From Pseudogymnoascus verrucosus (taxonomy: Eukaryota), in assembly GCA_001662655.1 (NCBI GenBank), contig KV460225.1: 64,000 nt of DNA; one strand, written 5' to 3'. The notes beneath the pieces are model-generated. The model saw nothing but the letters and a program-made list of their open reading frames with translations, ran no database searches and had not been told where the DNA came from. The stretch's first letter is position 1; the number at the start of each line of letters is the position of its first letter. A program made the translations under genes and the position numbers. Below, piece after piece: positions 21,728 to 34,235 of this stretch.

Positions 21728-23060
21728 CTATCTAGTAGAGCTCGCAGCTGCCTCCTTGGCCTTGATATCTGCCAAGATATTTACCCAGTCTAGAGCGGCA
21801 TGGGTTTCAAAATCAGCACTCCTCAGAGGTGCCCAGCCTAGTGCACGGATCTTGTCACCTGAAGTACGAGCGCTAGAGGTAAAGTTATTAGCGAAATTCT
21901 GCAGTCTTCTACTCGAAATACAAGAGGCTTTGGTAGGGAACATACTTGGAAGCCCAGCCGATCTCGGCCAGGAGATTTTTGCCGCCAGTTAATATTCTAG
22001 TGGCTTCCTCCAGGGAAAGTTGCTTGAGCTCGGTGGTCCTGAGAGCGCCAGCTTCCACGCCAGCCTTTGCGACCATTTGAGCAAGCTCAAGCCATGTATG
22101 ATGGCCATCTTGCAGAAAATAGACCCCATCTTTGCCGTGGGGAATGTCTGCACCTGCACCGCTCAATATCTTCGAGAGAACGAGCTTGTAAGCGCGCGCC
22201 ATGTCCAGGACGTGAAGGTTATCCCAACTGCCAGCACCATCACCAACAACAGGAGTGTTGCCTAGGAGGATTGACTTGCGGATCAGGATAGGTGTGTGGC
22301 AGAACTCGTGAAGCGGATCTGTGCTAATGCCGTAAAGAGAGGGAGACATCAGGATGTACGTCTTGACGCCATACTCGACGCCGACCTCAGTCACAACAAC
22401 ATCGCTGGTACGCTGGGCGTATGGAACGGCCGAGTCTCTGCTCTTCAGGTAAGAGAACATATCATCTTTGTCAGACAAAGGGTAGTTTAATTCAGAGAAT
22501 GTCTTGGAAATAGGTCGATCGGCAATGTTGGATGTGCCAGAAGTCTTTTAGGCGAGTGAGCAGTTGACCCGCGGTAGTATGCGACTGAGAAACTTACGTG
22601 GATGTAGTAGACGTCGTTGCCGGTCTGTTTCTTTCTCTGCGCAAGACCTAATATCAAGGCTCGTGCAGAGAGGGTGTGGAAGCCCGAAGCACAGTGGATG
22701 ACAACTACGAGACGTCAGCAATCGAACTTGAAAATATATTCAATGTCAACGCCTTCTTACCGTCGTGTTGGCTGGCAAGTTCAGCCAAGACATCAGTATC
22801 GTCCAAGCTGTTGAATATTATAGGCTCGAGACCTTTAGCCTTCACAGATGCAGCTCCACTCGCTCTTGTCAGGGCAGAGACGTTGGATTTATTCACCGTG
22901 ATGAAGTCATCGGCGAGAAGAGAATCTAGGACTGCTCCTCCACTGTGCTCGAGGACAAATTAGCATGGATAGTACCAGTCGACATGTGTTGAGAGGATAG
23001 AGGATGGATAACGAACATGTAACCATTTGCGCCTGTTAAAAGAATCCTCATACTCAACAT
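21728..23060 (-). CDS. NAD(P)-binding epimerase/dehydratase (NmrA-like extended SDR), multi-exon
   Basis: MRILLTGANGYI|GGAVL, VIHCASG, YYIH|TSGTS, SPSLYG, WDNLHVLDMARAY, RALGWAP. Confidence 0.85.
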
Positions 23061-23267
23061 TTTATAGGGTGAAAGAATAAGTTGTTATTGTTTGTATTTT
23101 TGTATTTGTGTAGTAATTAGGTACTGGGAATTGTACTATGATTGTTGGTAAATTATATTTGTTCTATGCGTACGTTACGACATATATATATCCTTTCTTA
23201 TGCCTTTCACATTGTGCTGTTTAGCGTGGTGGCTGCGATTAGGTCATAAGATGAGTTCAGCATCGTG

Positions 23268-23612
23268 ATGGCTGATTGATTATATATGGCAGAACAGACA
23301 TGGCAGGTTTTTGCGACCCTTGTTCAAGACTATGCCAATAGGAGTGAGGCTCTGTAAGCCGCCACTGGTAAGCACATTGGGTAATTAACGAATGAGATAA
23401 AAGGCGCTTGAACTGTGGTCTAGGTCGGTGGCTGTCCCGTCTTCAATATTCTCGCGCCACATACCTGGTATGGCTAGCTGATTATATGTGGCAGAACAGA
23501 CATGGCAGTTTTTTGCGACCCCTGTTCAAGAATACACCAATAGGAATGAGACTCTGTAAGCTGCCACTGTTAAGCGCGTTAGGTAATCAACGAATGAGAT
23601 AAAAGGCGCTTG
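23268..23612 (+). repeat. Two 143-bp direct repeats (23268-23410 and 23470-23612), ~88% identical
   Basis: Manual alignment gives ~17 mismatches, no indels, period 202 bp. Confidence 0.92.
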
Positions 23613-23984
23613 GCCGTAGAACTTTCCAGATCGGGCGTAAAGCGACGATTCATCGAGCTGAGGTGGGCTCAAACCGCAATTACCACTTTGCTTGTCTGCT
23701 CGCTTAGTCGCAGAACTTTCTACATGGCCAAACTTCATTACCAATCTATGCTTTAGAATGAGATAGGAATAGAGATGACAAATATCAGACCCTAAAATTC
23801 TGATTACTGCGTTTAAGAAAATGTAACAACGTGCTGTGTTCAGTAGGTTGAAGAATTAGGATAGACAAGAGACACTTAATATATAATATAACCTAATTCC
23901 CAGTCTTTTTCACGGTAAAATTATATATTCAATCACCACTAATACCTTCTCTCATTTCCATCATTAGATCCACCGATACTCACC

Positions 23985-24391
23985 ATGACCCAACCCATCA
24001 CCGAAGTCGTCCAGCTCCAGCTCCAGCCTGGAGCCGTGATCGAGGAACTTATGTCCGACTTCCTACGCATATTGCAACGCCAACCTGGATTCCAACACCT
24101 CGCATGGGGGAGATGGGAAGAGTCTCCGGACAACGTGCAGCTGCTCTTGAGTATGTCCCAATTTCTCATCGTGTTCTATTAGCAGGTCTACCACTTCTAA
24201 TGGCCGCGTGACTGACAAACAGTCTAGATTGGGATACTATTGAGGCTCACAGACAGTTCGAGGTGTCAGGGGCAGACTTTGCCGCCGTCGGTGAGGTTCT
24301 GGGGCCTGTACTTGCCAAGCCGCCTGCGATGCACCACGTCAATTTCAAGCCTGCTATTGCCGACATCGTCTCGAGCACCGCGACTGTCTAG
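23985..24391 (+). CDS. Dimeric alpha-beta barrel (ABM-like) protein, possibly a truncated pseudogene
   Basis: Exons 23985-24150 and 24228-24391: ILQRQPGFQHLAWGRWEESPDNVQLLL-NWDTIEAHRQF...MHHVNFKP, then an early TAG. Confidence 0.65.
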
Positions 24392-24541
24392 GATGAGACA
24401 TTGCAGATTTTCGGGCAGTGTTCAATGTGCATACATGGATAGCGAAGGCATTTGAGGGGATTGCCAGCGAATGGAGGAGCTTGGTGGGAGGGTTAAATAA
24501 CAATGATTTACGTCGCTGCGATTATAATGTACAGTAGATTA

Positions 24542-24592
24542 GTATATTCACAACGTCGGTATATTCACAACGTCGGTATATTCACAACTTCG
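24542..24592 (+). repeat. 17-bp tandem repeat x3 (GTATATTCACAACGTCG)
   Basis: Two exact copies plus one with a single mismatch. Confidence 0.92.
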
Positions 24593-25802
24593 GCGGCTCC
24601 CTAGTGGCCATCATAACCGGAGTTGAACACGATGTCATAGCGACGAAGGTCATATTGTTCTAGCCCACCACAGTCTTTCGTGCTGAGATTCATGAGGCAG
24701 TTGATACCAGCCTGGATGTAGTTTGGGTTGAGCGCGGAGGCGTCTAAGAATTCCGCCAGGAGACTAGAGGATGCTGTCGACTCCACCGGTGGCGGGGATT
24801 AGAGAGGCTGTAAGAGCTAAGCTATGAACAAGCAGAGTATCCTATGACCGAACAGTCCGCAAGTCAGTAGTAGCCTCTGTTGAATGAAAAGCTGCAATAT
24901 GTGTCCTCTTATCCGTCGGCCCAGGTAATTATCGGGAGAGGATGGCTTTGCATGAATGACCAGAAGATAGTAGAGGCAGTCCATAAAGTAGACGTACTAG
25001 CCAGCCTTAAAGCGGTTTAAATAAGGACTATAATTAAATACTAAGTTGATTTGTTAGCTATACCAGGTGCCACTATACAACCACTAACTCTAAAGAAAGC
25101 TCTAATCTAAGAGAACTCGTTCCAAACCATAATCGCCTACGTCTACTGCGCCGCCTAGTCTAGATTCGACCTCCCACTACTAACCTAACCCTGCAGCTTA
25201 GCTGCCCTATAGCCACTCTTAAAGCACTGAAACACATAGCTGATGCACTGGCATTACAAAATATAGCACAGATAGGCGGCATCGTTATCTCTTTAGTGAT
25301 AGCTGGCCAAGTCTTTCAATCCACTGTTATGTCAAACCTAGCTAAGGTGCTAGAATACACAGGCTTCACAGCTGTGGATATCCAGAGCGCCGTTTTGGGA
25401 GCTCAAAGCAAGATCTTCTAAGAAATCAGCGGGGAACTGAGAGAACATGCTATTTTGGCCATTGCGTAAGCCATGTAGAGGTTGTCTATTTTGGTTTGTA
25501 TTGGCGGTGGTGTTCTGACGATCTCTGGCCTTCTTATAAAGCGCAAGAGGCTCTTTGGAGATGTTGTTCCGGTCAGTGCTTGAGAAGGTGAAGGTATTAT
25601 CATGCTATATATTGCATTTGCCCGTGTTTTTTGATACTGGCGTAGAGTTTGTACATGGCCTCCTCTTCGTTTTGTATCACAGGCGAACAAGGCATTTTCG
25701 ATAGATTTAGCATTTGTTAACTCGTTTAATAATTGTGTAGGTTTAGAATAATAGACACCATCTATTTCCCTCCTAATATGATTATAAATGCTCATGGAGT
25801 AA

Positions 25803-27578
25803 CTATGTGAAGCAAGGTGGGACATGATTCCTGTTAACAACACGACTATACAATACCAACTGATCTATCTCATCCTTACAAAGATCTTGCTGTGTCCACG
25901 CGTCACGAACCATGCGATCTGCAAGAGACATTGTACCATGTGGTTGCCTCCGCAGAGATTCTCTGAAGACCGTCAAAATAATAGATCGCTGCTCATCTGT
26001 ACGTGCTTCGAGTCCAATAATGAACATTGGCCATGGGCGTTCACAGAACACACATTGTCCCAGGACATCAAATGCACTGGCTACTGCCAGGTTGTAAGCC
26101 TTGTGGCCCACAGACTCGCCCTTAGCCAGTCGCAAAAGATATATCAGTGTCGCTAAGCGGAATACTTCCGCGACTCTAACTTGGTGAGCTGCCTCGCCTG
26201 AATCAATTTCGGATATGCCAGAGTGCCGCTGCTCTAAATTCTGTAGCCGGATCTCTAAAGATTTAATAATTGCCATGTGCGACTCGGATTGATACCCAGC
26301 ATCATTGTGATCCAACACGACATCAATTACCTGGCAGATGAGATCCATCAATTCTAGTGAGCAGCCCAGGATTGGTACTACCTAGGTCTTCGTTAGCTAG
26401 AAGTCCGGAGTTGGACAAGATAGCATACAGTGAGTCGCTCAGGCGCAAAAACGGCCTTCGAGATGAGTTTCCTTTGTCCCGCTAGCTCGATCTGGTCGGC
26501 ATTCTTATTGTCCCAATGCCGGATGCTGAACTTGTACATGACGTCGTGGTAGAAGATCCAATCCATGAGTAATGCTTTCTCGCCAAAGTAGGTGTCGTCT
26601 TTTTCGGTCACAAGATTGGCAATTCGTTTTGTACCACAGAAGAATATGGTCCAACTGAGGGCTGGACTGTTGAAATCAAGAGTCTGCGCCACGGTTAGCA
26701 AGTTGTGACCGATACTGGCAGAGTTTGGTATACTTGACCTCTAAGATGCATAATAGCATGCTGGCAGCCATCATCTGCATAGCCTGTGAAAGCTCAGGAG
26801 CTTCAATGGAGGCTTGCAGCGCTCGGAGTGCGTTGGTCTTGCTCACAGCAGCTGCCATCTCCATCCCCAGATAATAATATGATAATGCGCTAATAGCGCA
26901 TCTTGATGCTAAGGAGGGAAAACTGTCATCTTTGAGTGACAGCATTATAAGAAGGCTACAGAGGTCGTTGGGATCGTGGCTGGATGGGCCCAAGGGGGAA
27001 GTGGAACTGTAGCCTGTCGTCTGCGTTAGCTGTCCTGCAATGCGTCTAGACGCGTCGTAATTATTCTATGGGTTACCATAAACAGCGAGAAAGGTGTCCA
27101 ATCTCGCGATGTTTGGGGGCTGCTGTGAGAACCAGATACGATTCAACGTTGCTGGGTCGTAACGGCCCAAACCTGATACAGATATACATTAGGCCAGTAG
27201 CGCCATCTTGAATCCTTCAACACGCATACCTTTGCTCTCGAACGCTTCTATGTCCTGGAAAGAGGTGTTAATAAAGTGCCGGGGTCGTGACCTTATGGGA
27301 ATCGTGTAGATCCCTTTAGGATGGGCGCCGCGCCTGGTATCGCCTTGGCGCGGCCATGATAGCCTCGTCCCATAACCTGAACACTTGCGCCCTTTGTCTC
27401 TGCAGTTACGGCAGAACGGTACGGTCTTGTCGCATGCAATCTTTAAGGCTGTCAAGTCGAGGTGTTAGTGGAGTGGTGACAAGAATATTTCCTTTGAGAT
27501 CGTACCACGGCAGTTCCAACACCTCTTCAAATCAGGGCTGGCGGTGAATGCAGCTTGGCCTGATGTGGTTTTCCGCAT
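25803..27578 (-). CDS. Zn(II)2Cys6 transcription factor with fungal_trans_2-type C-terminal domain, multi-exon
   Basis: Spliced CWNCRALKIACDKTVPFCRNCRDKGRKCSGYGTRLSWP; later ASMLL, WIFYHDVM.KFS, AEVFRLATLIYL, WPMFIIGLEA. Confidence 0.88.
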
Positions 27579-28124
27579 CGTTCCTTCTATTAGCCAGGTA
27601 TAGCGTTGTCGTGGCTGTGAATATACCCTTTTTGTAGAATTATGATGGTGTTGATGTTGCGGATTATTAATACCTGTGTATGGGACGGGTAGCTTATTGG
27701 TACCGTACAGTCTAATGGTAGCGAAACGCCCGCCCAAATAACTACCTTACCGGCCCACCCACCTTTCAACGGTAGTGGGAGCGTAGGCACACCCATACGG
27801 TTTGCCGATGGTGGATTGGCCCGAGTTTCGGTGGAACATCGGTTTTTGAGCTCAACGGTTATTTCCAATTGACCGTGGAGCCGGTTGACCCGTAGAGACC
27901 CGTAGACAGTAAATAGACTGACATATGACCGTTTAAGTTGACTTATTATAACTCGTGATAACAACCGGCTTTAAAGCCTAACCGTAACACCTGCAATTGA
28001 TAGGGTAGATCCACTCAGTATCGCTATACAGCTCTGAACCTCAGAGAGCATCAAAAACTTGAGGCGGCGACGCTCACACACTAGGTCAGATGTCACCGAC
28101 TGAAGTAAAAAGCAAGTGGTTGCT

Positions 28125-28150
28125 NNNNNNNNNNNNNNNNNNNNNNNNNN
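28125..28150. other. Assembly gap (26 N)
   Basis: Run of N. Confidence 1.
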
Positions 28151-28260
28151 TTCCTTTTTTTGCTGTGTAATTTGTTGAACTTTTGACCCCTGAAGTCGAC
28201 GTTGCCGGAGGGCGTATTGCACTGGACTACGCAGTTTTGTTTTATGTATATTGGGTATAT

Positions 28261-29606
28261 TTAATGGTACAGAGACCTTTCCTGCTCTTCCCATCTCCCC
28301 ATCCTCACTGGGTCCAGCTTCTTCAACTCGCCTAGCCATAACTTCAAATCTTGCAACTCATCTGTTGTTGGCTGGCGTTCGCATGTACGACATATTGCCA
28401 GTGTATACTCGTATAACCCATTGTAAATCCATTTACAGTCCTCGGCACCATCCAGCATCTCTTTTAAATCATCTATCTGGGAGTTGGCGTACTCGATACG
28501 TTGCTCCGTGGTGAAATTTGGTAAGATGGATACAGTACGATCCAGCAGGGTAACCATGAGGAATTGATGGTAGAACCAGAGAGATTGGTCACTAGCATCA
28601 GTCCAGAGGGCATTACGCATCGTATCAAATTCTGTAATGTGTCAGCGGCGAGTGTATACTCGACTGTATCCAACATACCTTCATCCAGAAACTCCTTGCG
28701 TGCTTCATCAATTGCATTTCGCTCATCGAGTAGCCGCGGTATAAGCTGGCTTCGATTGTGCCATGCCGAAAAGTTGGACAGATTGGTATTTACCATCTTG
28801 GTGGTGTACGCAAACTCCTCTTCCACCAAGCTCTTCCCGTTCAAAGCTGGGCTCTCAAGCTTCTCCACTACCATTCGACGATATCCCCAGCCATGGAAAT
28901 TCCGGCTATCTCGTACCAGCATGTAATTGCAAAGGCCCAGCTCTTCTTCCCATAACCTCCGCGCAACCGGCACCTCTAATCTCAAAGTAGCTTGTTGGAG
29001 CAGCCATATCCGATGGTTCCATATCCAGTAGCATTTCGGCCATTGCTTCAGCAATGGCACGAGGAATGATAAATCGTCTTTAATAAGCTCAAGAGTTGTA
29101 CCATTGCTCCCAGGATTCTGGGGGGTTGGGGACCGCGGGGTCTCGTTGGAGGCCGCGTTGGAAGTGGAGGTAGAAGAGGGTAACTTTTCGGAGGGCGAAT
29201 TCGTAGTTTTGGCTTGTGAAGTAGAGGGCTGCTGAGTCGAGGGCAATGGCCCATCCGACGATTTGGAAAAGAGTCCAGAGGTTAACAAGCGTCTGCGCAC
29301 GTTCCATATTGTGTAGTATTCGGGGTTCTTTGTGAGCAGTTTCGAGGTCAAGTCGAGGACTTCTGATGTATACTGGTGTTCATGTATCTGCGACTGTCAG
29401 TATTGAGCATGTAGACTAGGCAAATGCAATATACCTTCGTCTCAATCAAGTCAACTAAAGCCTGGTACTTTTCGATCTTGGCTACCTCGTCCTGACGTTG
29501 CTGTTCTGTCCGGACTGTTGCCGCTGCAATCCTTGGGACACCGTGCTGTATTTCGATCAGCCACAGGACAAGTAACTAGAATAAAAGAATGTCATACACT
29601 AGTCAT
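28261..29606 (-). CDS. BET4: Rab geranylgeranyltransferase (GGTase-II) alpha subunit
   Basis: MTS|HGVPR, NPEYYTIWNVRR, PKCYWIWNHR, DSRNFHGWGYRR, NLSNFSAWHNRS, DQSLWFYH, LDPVRMGRW (PPTA repeats). Confidence 0.93.
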
Positions 29607-30098
29607 TTCCCGTATGTATCAGCTTGACAGTGTTGTGTTTGTTCGTCTTGAAGCTCAGCTTGGATAACAGAGTAGGCAGTCGCGATTGCGATCCCGATAA
29701 GCGACGTTGTTTACGTTACCCCTCGGTGGGCCATGGAGCTATCCCGCTCATGTCCCCTCTCAACTCCTTTCCACCTCGAGCCTTTCGTACTATATCTGGT
29801 TACAAGTATACTTCACAACAATCACTATCTCTAACGGTAACGGCTTGAACAATTGACCTCCAAAGGGTCATTTGGTCCATGAGGACCTTCCATCACACCA
29901 GCTGGTGTGCTCTTTCATTGGGCTCCCCAGGGCCCGTTTGCAGCCATATCTGATCCCTGGGGCCATTTCAATCATTATTTTTCCCAGTCAATCGTTCGCT
30001 CATTAGTGATATTTCATACTGCATTCAGTTAATCCTCAGCAGCTGTCTCTTTTTCTTTTTTTCGTTACTTTCTTAGGATCTGAATTCGTCGTTCAGCA

Positions 30099-32753
30099 AT
30101 GCAAGTCTCCCAGCTCAACGAAGCCTCTCTCCTTGATTTCTCCTCAACGTTCGAAGATTCCGGGTATGATACCTGTACCACCCACATAAACGACAATAAT
30201 TCCATAGAAGGAGCAGGGTTATGGGCGGCTGAGCAACTTTCTGTCTTTGACTCGGAAGCTCCATCTCCATCCGCGAGTGAAGAACCTGAAGCCCTCGATG
30301 TCGAAGCTTCGATTCCAGCAGTCACTGAGCAGCCTGAAGTTTCTTATACTGAAGATCCCCTTTCGCCAGTTACTAACCTACCTGATGTTCCCATGGCAGA
30401 AGCTCCAATACAGTCAGTTGCCAGTTTTGAGGACGCATCGGAAGCAGACGACGAGCATGAGGTATTCCTGGAGAGACTAAGCGGTCGACGATGGCCTTTG
30501 GGCATTTGCACTATGCCGAGACTTAACTATAAGAATGGCACGTCAAGGCTGCATCCTCGACCATCCTTGTCATTCTCTGTCGGACCGAATGGAAAACGCT
30601 CCTCAGGCTCATTGAGATCCCCCGACCGGTTCTTGGCTTCAGTTGACTCTCAGGATTCTTCGGCCCAGAAGTTCCGAGTGAACAAAGACTCACAGCAGCT
30701 TTCACCTTCTGAAAAGCTTATCAGAAACGACAGTGCCAGCTTAGATGCTTTCAGCCCGCGCCGGAATTTCACAACTCCAAACCCTCCTGTTGTTGCAATG
30801 AACAGAGGGAACATTCCACCTGTTCGCCCTGGAGGCAAGGCTCCTGATCCCATTTTGAAACCACAACTAATTCATTCAGAGCCTAGCACTCTCATGTTTC
30901 GACGAGATTCTACTGCCAGCAATGGCGAACGTCAAGTATGTTATTTCATGGCCCGGCCTCAGTCAAGTTATACGATACTGACAATCAGAAGATCAGTCTT
31001 GGCTCTGTTTGGGCCGTTGGTGGGTTGGCACCACTCAGCGTCGGGGTTTCAGATGGTCGTGGTGGGTTGACGGGATCTGGTACAAATGCCCCCCTCTATA
31101 CGACATCGTTTTCGAGTGCGACATCAAAAGAGGAAGATGACAGGGAGAAGCACGAAGGCCGTTTAGCCACAGCACTGGACCTTGATAGGGCGCAGAGAAT
31201 ACACGATTTCGTCGACCATTCTATCTCACCGCCGAGAGCAGATCCCCAAAGGCGAGAATATAGTGAAATTGGAACAAAGATCACCTGGAGAGGCACAGAA
31301 TGGGTTAGCAGTGGCTCCCAAGCCAGTGAGGATCCCCGTCACTCAATATACACTGGTTTTATCTAACATTGTATAGAAGTCAAGAAAGCAACTGAGGCCC
31401 GAACATTGCCTACGGCTCCTTTTAAATAAGTAACCGCCACGTTACGCATGATTATTACTGACGTTGAGCACAGTTCTTGACGCGCCTAACTTACGCGATG
31501 ATTTTTACTGCTCCGTCCTGGCCTACTCCCATACATCCCATACCTTAGCTGTTGGCCTTGGTTCTCTGCTCTACGCATGGTCCGAAATGCAAGGGGTTCA
31601 TTTACTCAATTCTGGAAGCAATAACGGCACTTGGTTGACGTCTATTGCGTTTTCGTCCACGCAAGGTTGCAAGTGTATACTTGCGTACGGGAGATCAGAT
31701 GGAACCCTGAACCTCATGTCTCTTTACGACCGCGCACTGCCTCGCTTTGAGGTTCAACAACCGTGTCCCATTGCGTGCCTCACTTGGCGACCCACGGTGA
31801 CATTGAGACCTTCTCGGAGCCCTCATTCGCTAGGCCAGCTAGTTAAGACCGAAGATCTCGTTGTTGGAGACGAAGTTGGAAACGTTTATTATTATGCTGT
31901 CGAGTGGCCCGATGCCTGGGAAGTTGATCGCAATGGGTGGACGGGAGTCATGACCCTTCTTGCCCGTATTTCAGTTCACACTCAGCAGATATGCGGCCTG
32001 GCATGGTCGCACGACGGATCCTTGCTTGCCACAGGAGGGAATGACAACTTGTGCTGTCTTTTTGAAGCTTATAAGCTCTCAATACCTCAGGAGGGCGATC
32101 AACAAACTGACGAGCTCGTCACTGGCCTTGATAGCGTCCAGCGCACCATCTCTATTCCTGGCAACAATCGTATCAAGAGCGTCCTGCTGGGGGCTGAAAA
32201 GCATAGGTGGGTTCATGGCGCCGCCGTGAAAGCTATTGCTTTCTGTCCATGGAGGGATGGCCTCATCGCAACTGGTGGAGGAAGCAATGACAAGTGTATC
32301 CATTTTTTCCACGCCGTCTCCGGTGCTTGCTTGGCGACCATCAGCGTTGCCGCGCAGGTAACCTCGCTAATATGGTCAACGACACGCCGCGAAATATGTG
32401 CCACGTTTGGCTATGCACAGCCAGAGCATCCATACCGAATTGCAGTGTTTTCATGGCCGGAATGCAAGCAGGTGGCTGCGATTCCGTGGGAAGGAGAGCA
32501 TAGAGCCCTTTATGCGATCCCTTATCCAGGCGGGCCGAATGATACTCATAATGCTAGTGAGGGTGGAAGCAGCCTGACTCGTACGGCACAAGAGGGCTGC
32601 ATTGTGGTTGCTGCAAGCGATGAGAGCGTGAAGTTTCATGAGGTTTGGAGTGCGGGCCAAAAAGCAACTGCTGGAGGCGAGGGGTTACTTGGAGGCAGCG
32701 ATATCTTAGAGGGGCTGGAGGGTATCGATAAGGAGGGTGAGGTTATTCGATGA
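30099..32753 (+). CDS. Cdc20/Fizzy-family WD40 APC/C activator (Ama1-like), multi-exon
   Basis: C-box-like SPDRF, APFK|VLDAPNLRDDFY, HTQQICGLAWS, ATGGNDN, HGAAVKAIAFCPW, ATGGGSND, and a C-terminal IR tail. Confidence 0.9.
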
Positions 32754-33705
32754 GGGAGAGAGGTTATTCAATTGAGGGACGAGGTTATTCAACGAATGGT
32801 TTACGGTAACGACAATATGATTATGGGGAACAGTATCAATACTTGAGCACTTTCGGATGGTTTCAAATACTCAGCAACGGCTGCGGCGAATGGTGGCAAT
32901 TGGCGTTAAAGGATCAGATTGGCAACCTGCACTTAGCTGGTAGGAGGAGGGCTACATTGATAAACCGAGAATGATTGAATGAAATTCTTCGTGTGCCTGG
33001 CTTTTGCTACTGATCATTGACGCCCAACGTGCTCAAATACAGTGCTGAAAAGAACAAGCAAAGTCGGCTATATTTGCCCTTCAAGTTCGTTCCTTTACAC
33101 AGGTAGGAAAGCGTACAGGGTGGTCGCGACTGCATTTTTTAATGTCCCCAACACCCCAATGCCTGACAAGATTTGTTTTGGTGTTACTAGCTCCAAAGTC
33201 TAAATATCGGTGAAGCTTCGTGGCGCAGACTTCCGTCCGTTTACTAACACGCTCGGGCTGCTTCATATAGGGCAACGCGTCAATGAGGCTATGTGGATTC
33301 AGTGCCAAAACTCCACACACTACGTACGTAACCCCACCCCTGCTCGTATACGGCAAGCTGACCGCGGAACTTCTCCCTGGTACGGTTTCAGAGTTTTGAA
33401 GCTTTGGGAAGCTCGGCTTTTCTCTTCTTGGTATATCGGCTGCCATCTCAATATGCGACGTATCAATTCCGGTTGATGGCCTCTGTGTTTCCCGATCGTC
33501 GCCTGTAGTACATAAAGAAAATCAGGAGCTGACACTAAAATCGGCGATGGCTTGGCCCGTCGTTGGTCCCCGCGCAATAGGGCCTAGTTTGACCCGCTAT
33601 TTGGACCCTGACATTGGTGACAGGGGAGATCCCCAAGCTTCCGCGGAACTATCGCTCTATATCCCCGTCCTGTCAATCCTAGGACAAACTCTGATATTTA
33701 TTGTA

Positions 33706-33751
33706 AGTTATATGCAAAGCTATACGCAAAGCTATACGCAAAGTTATATGC
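33706..33751. repeat. 12-bp tandem repeat x~4 (AGYTATAYGCAA)
   Basis: agttatatgcaa agctatacgcaa agctatacgcaa agttatatgc. Confidence 0.85.
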
Positions 33752-34235
33752 TTCGACAGTGATTGACAAATGAGATTGACAACTAATAGCCAGATTTTTA
33801 CACTAACCACGTCTTACCCCTTGAGTTTCTCCATGCTCGTATTCATGTGCGAGCACAAAAAATATGCGGGGAGCCGTCAGCGGCTACGAGTGACGGGTGC
33901 TACGCCACATTGGCAGGCAGGGACTGGGGACCCTGCGCCTGGAGGAGCGACGCTTGCCTCGGAGCACCATGCTTTACCCCGTATGGTTGTCACGGTTCCG
34001 TATTGGGGGTTGGATATGGAGCCGACGTGCCAGGGCTGATTCCTTCGGGCTGACTTTTATCTATACGACGTGTAGCTATATAGCTTACGTTTCCCCTCAT
34101 CGTCATTATCCCCTCGTTTTTTTTTTGCTGCTGTCGCTGTTTCTCATTTGGTATAAACAATTTTACAGATTCCAAGCGCTTCCGAGCTTCATGGGGCCTG
34201 TGGTGAGCTACTCCGTATAGAGTGGGACACGAAGA

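Noticed and set aside
24542..24592. Possible CRISPR-like array
   Set aside because: Head-to-tail units without spacers, in a eukaryotic genome.
25418..25843. 141-aa minus-strand ORF after the Zn2Cys6 gene
   Set aside because: Overlaps that gene's stop, has no recognisable motif, and lies in degenerate DNA; not supportable as a gene.
32800..34200. Short ORFs, including SYTQ repeats, as a possible RiPP precursor
   Set aside because: The repeat is a 12-bp minisatellite with no signal peptide or Kex2 (KR) spaced cores.
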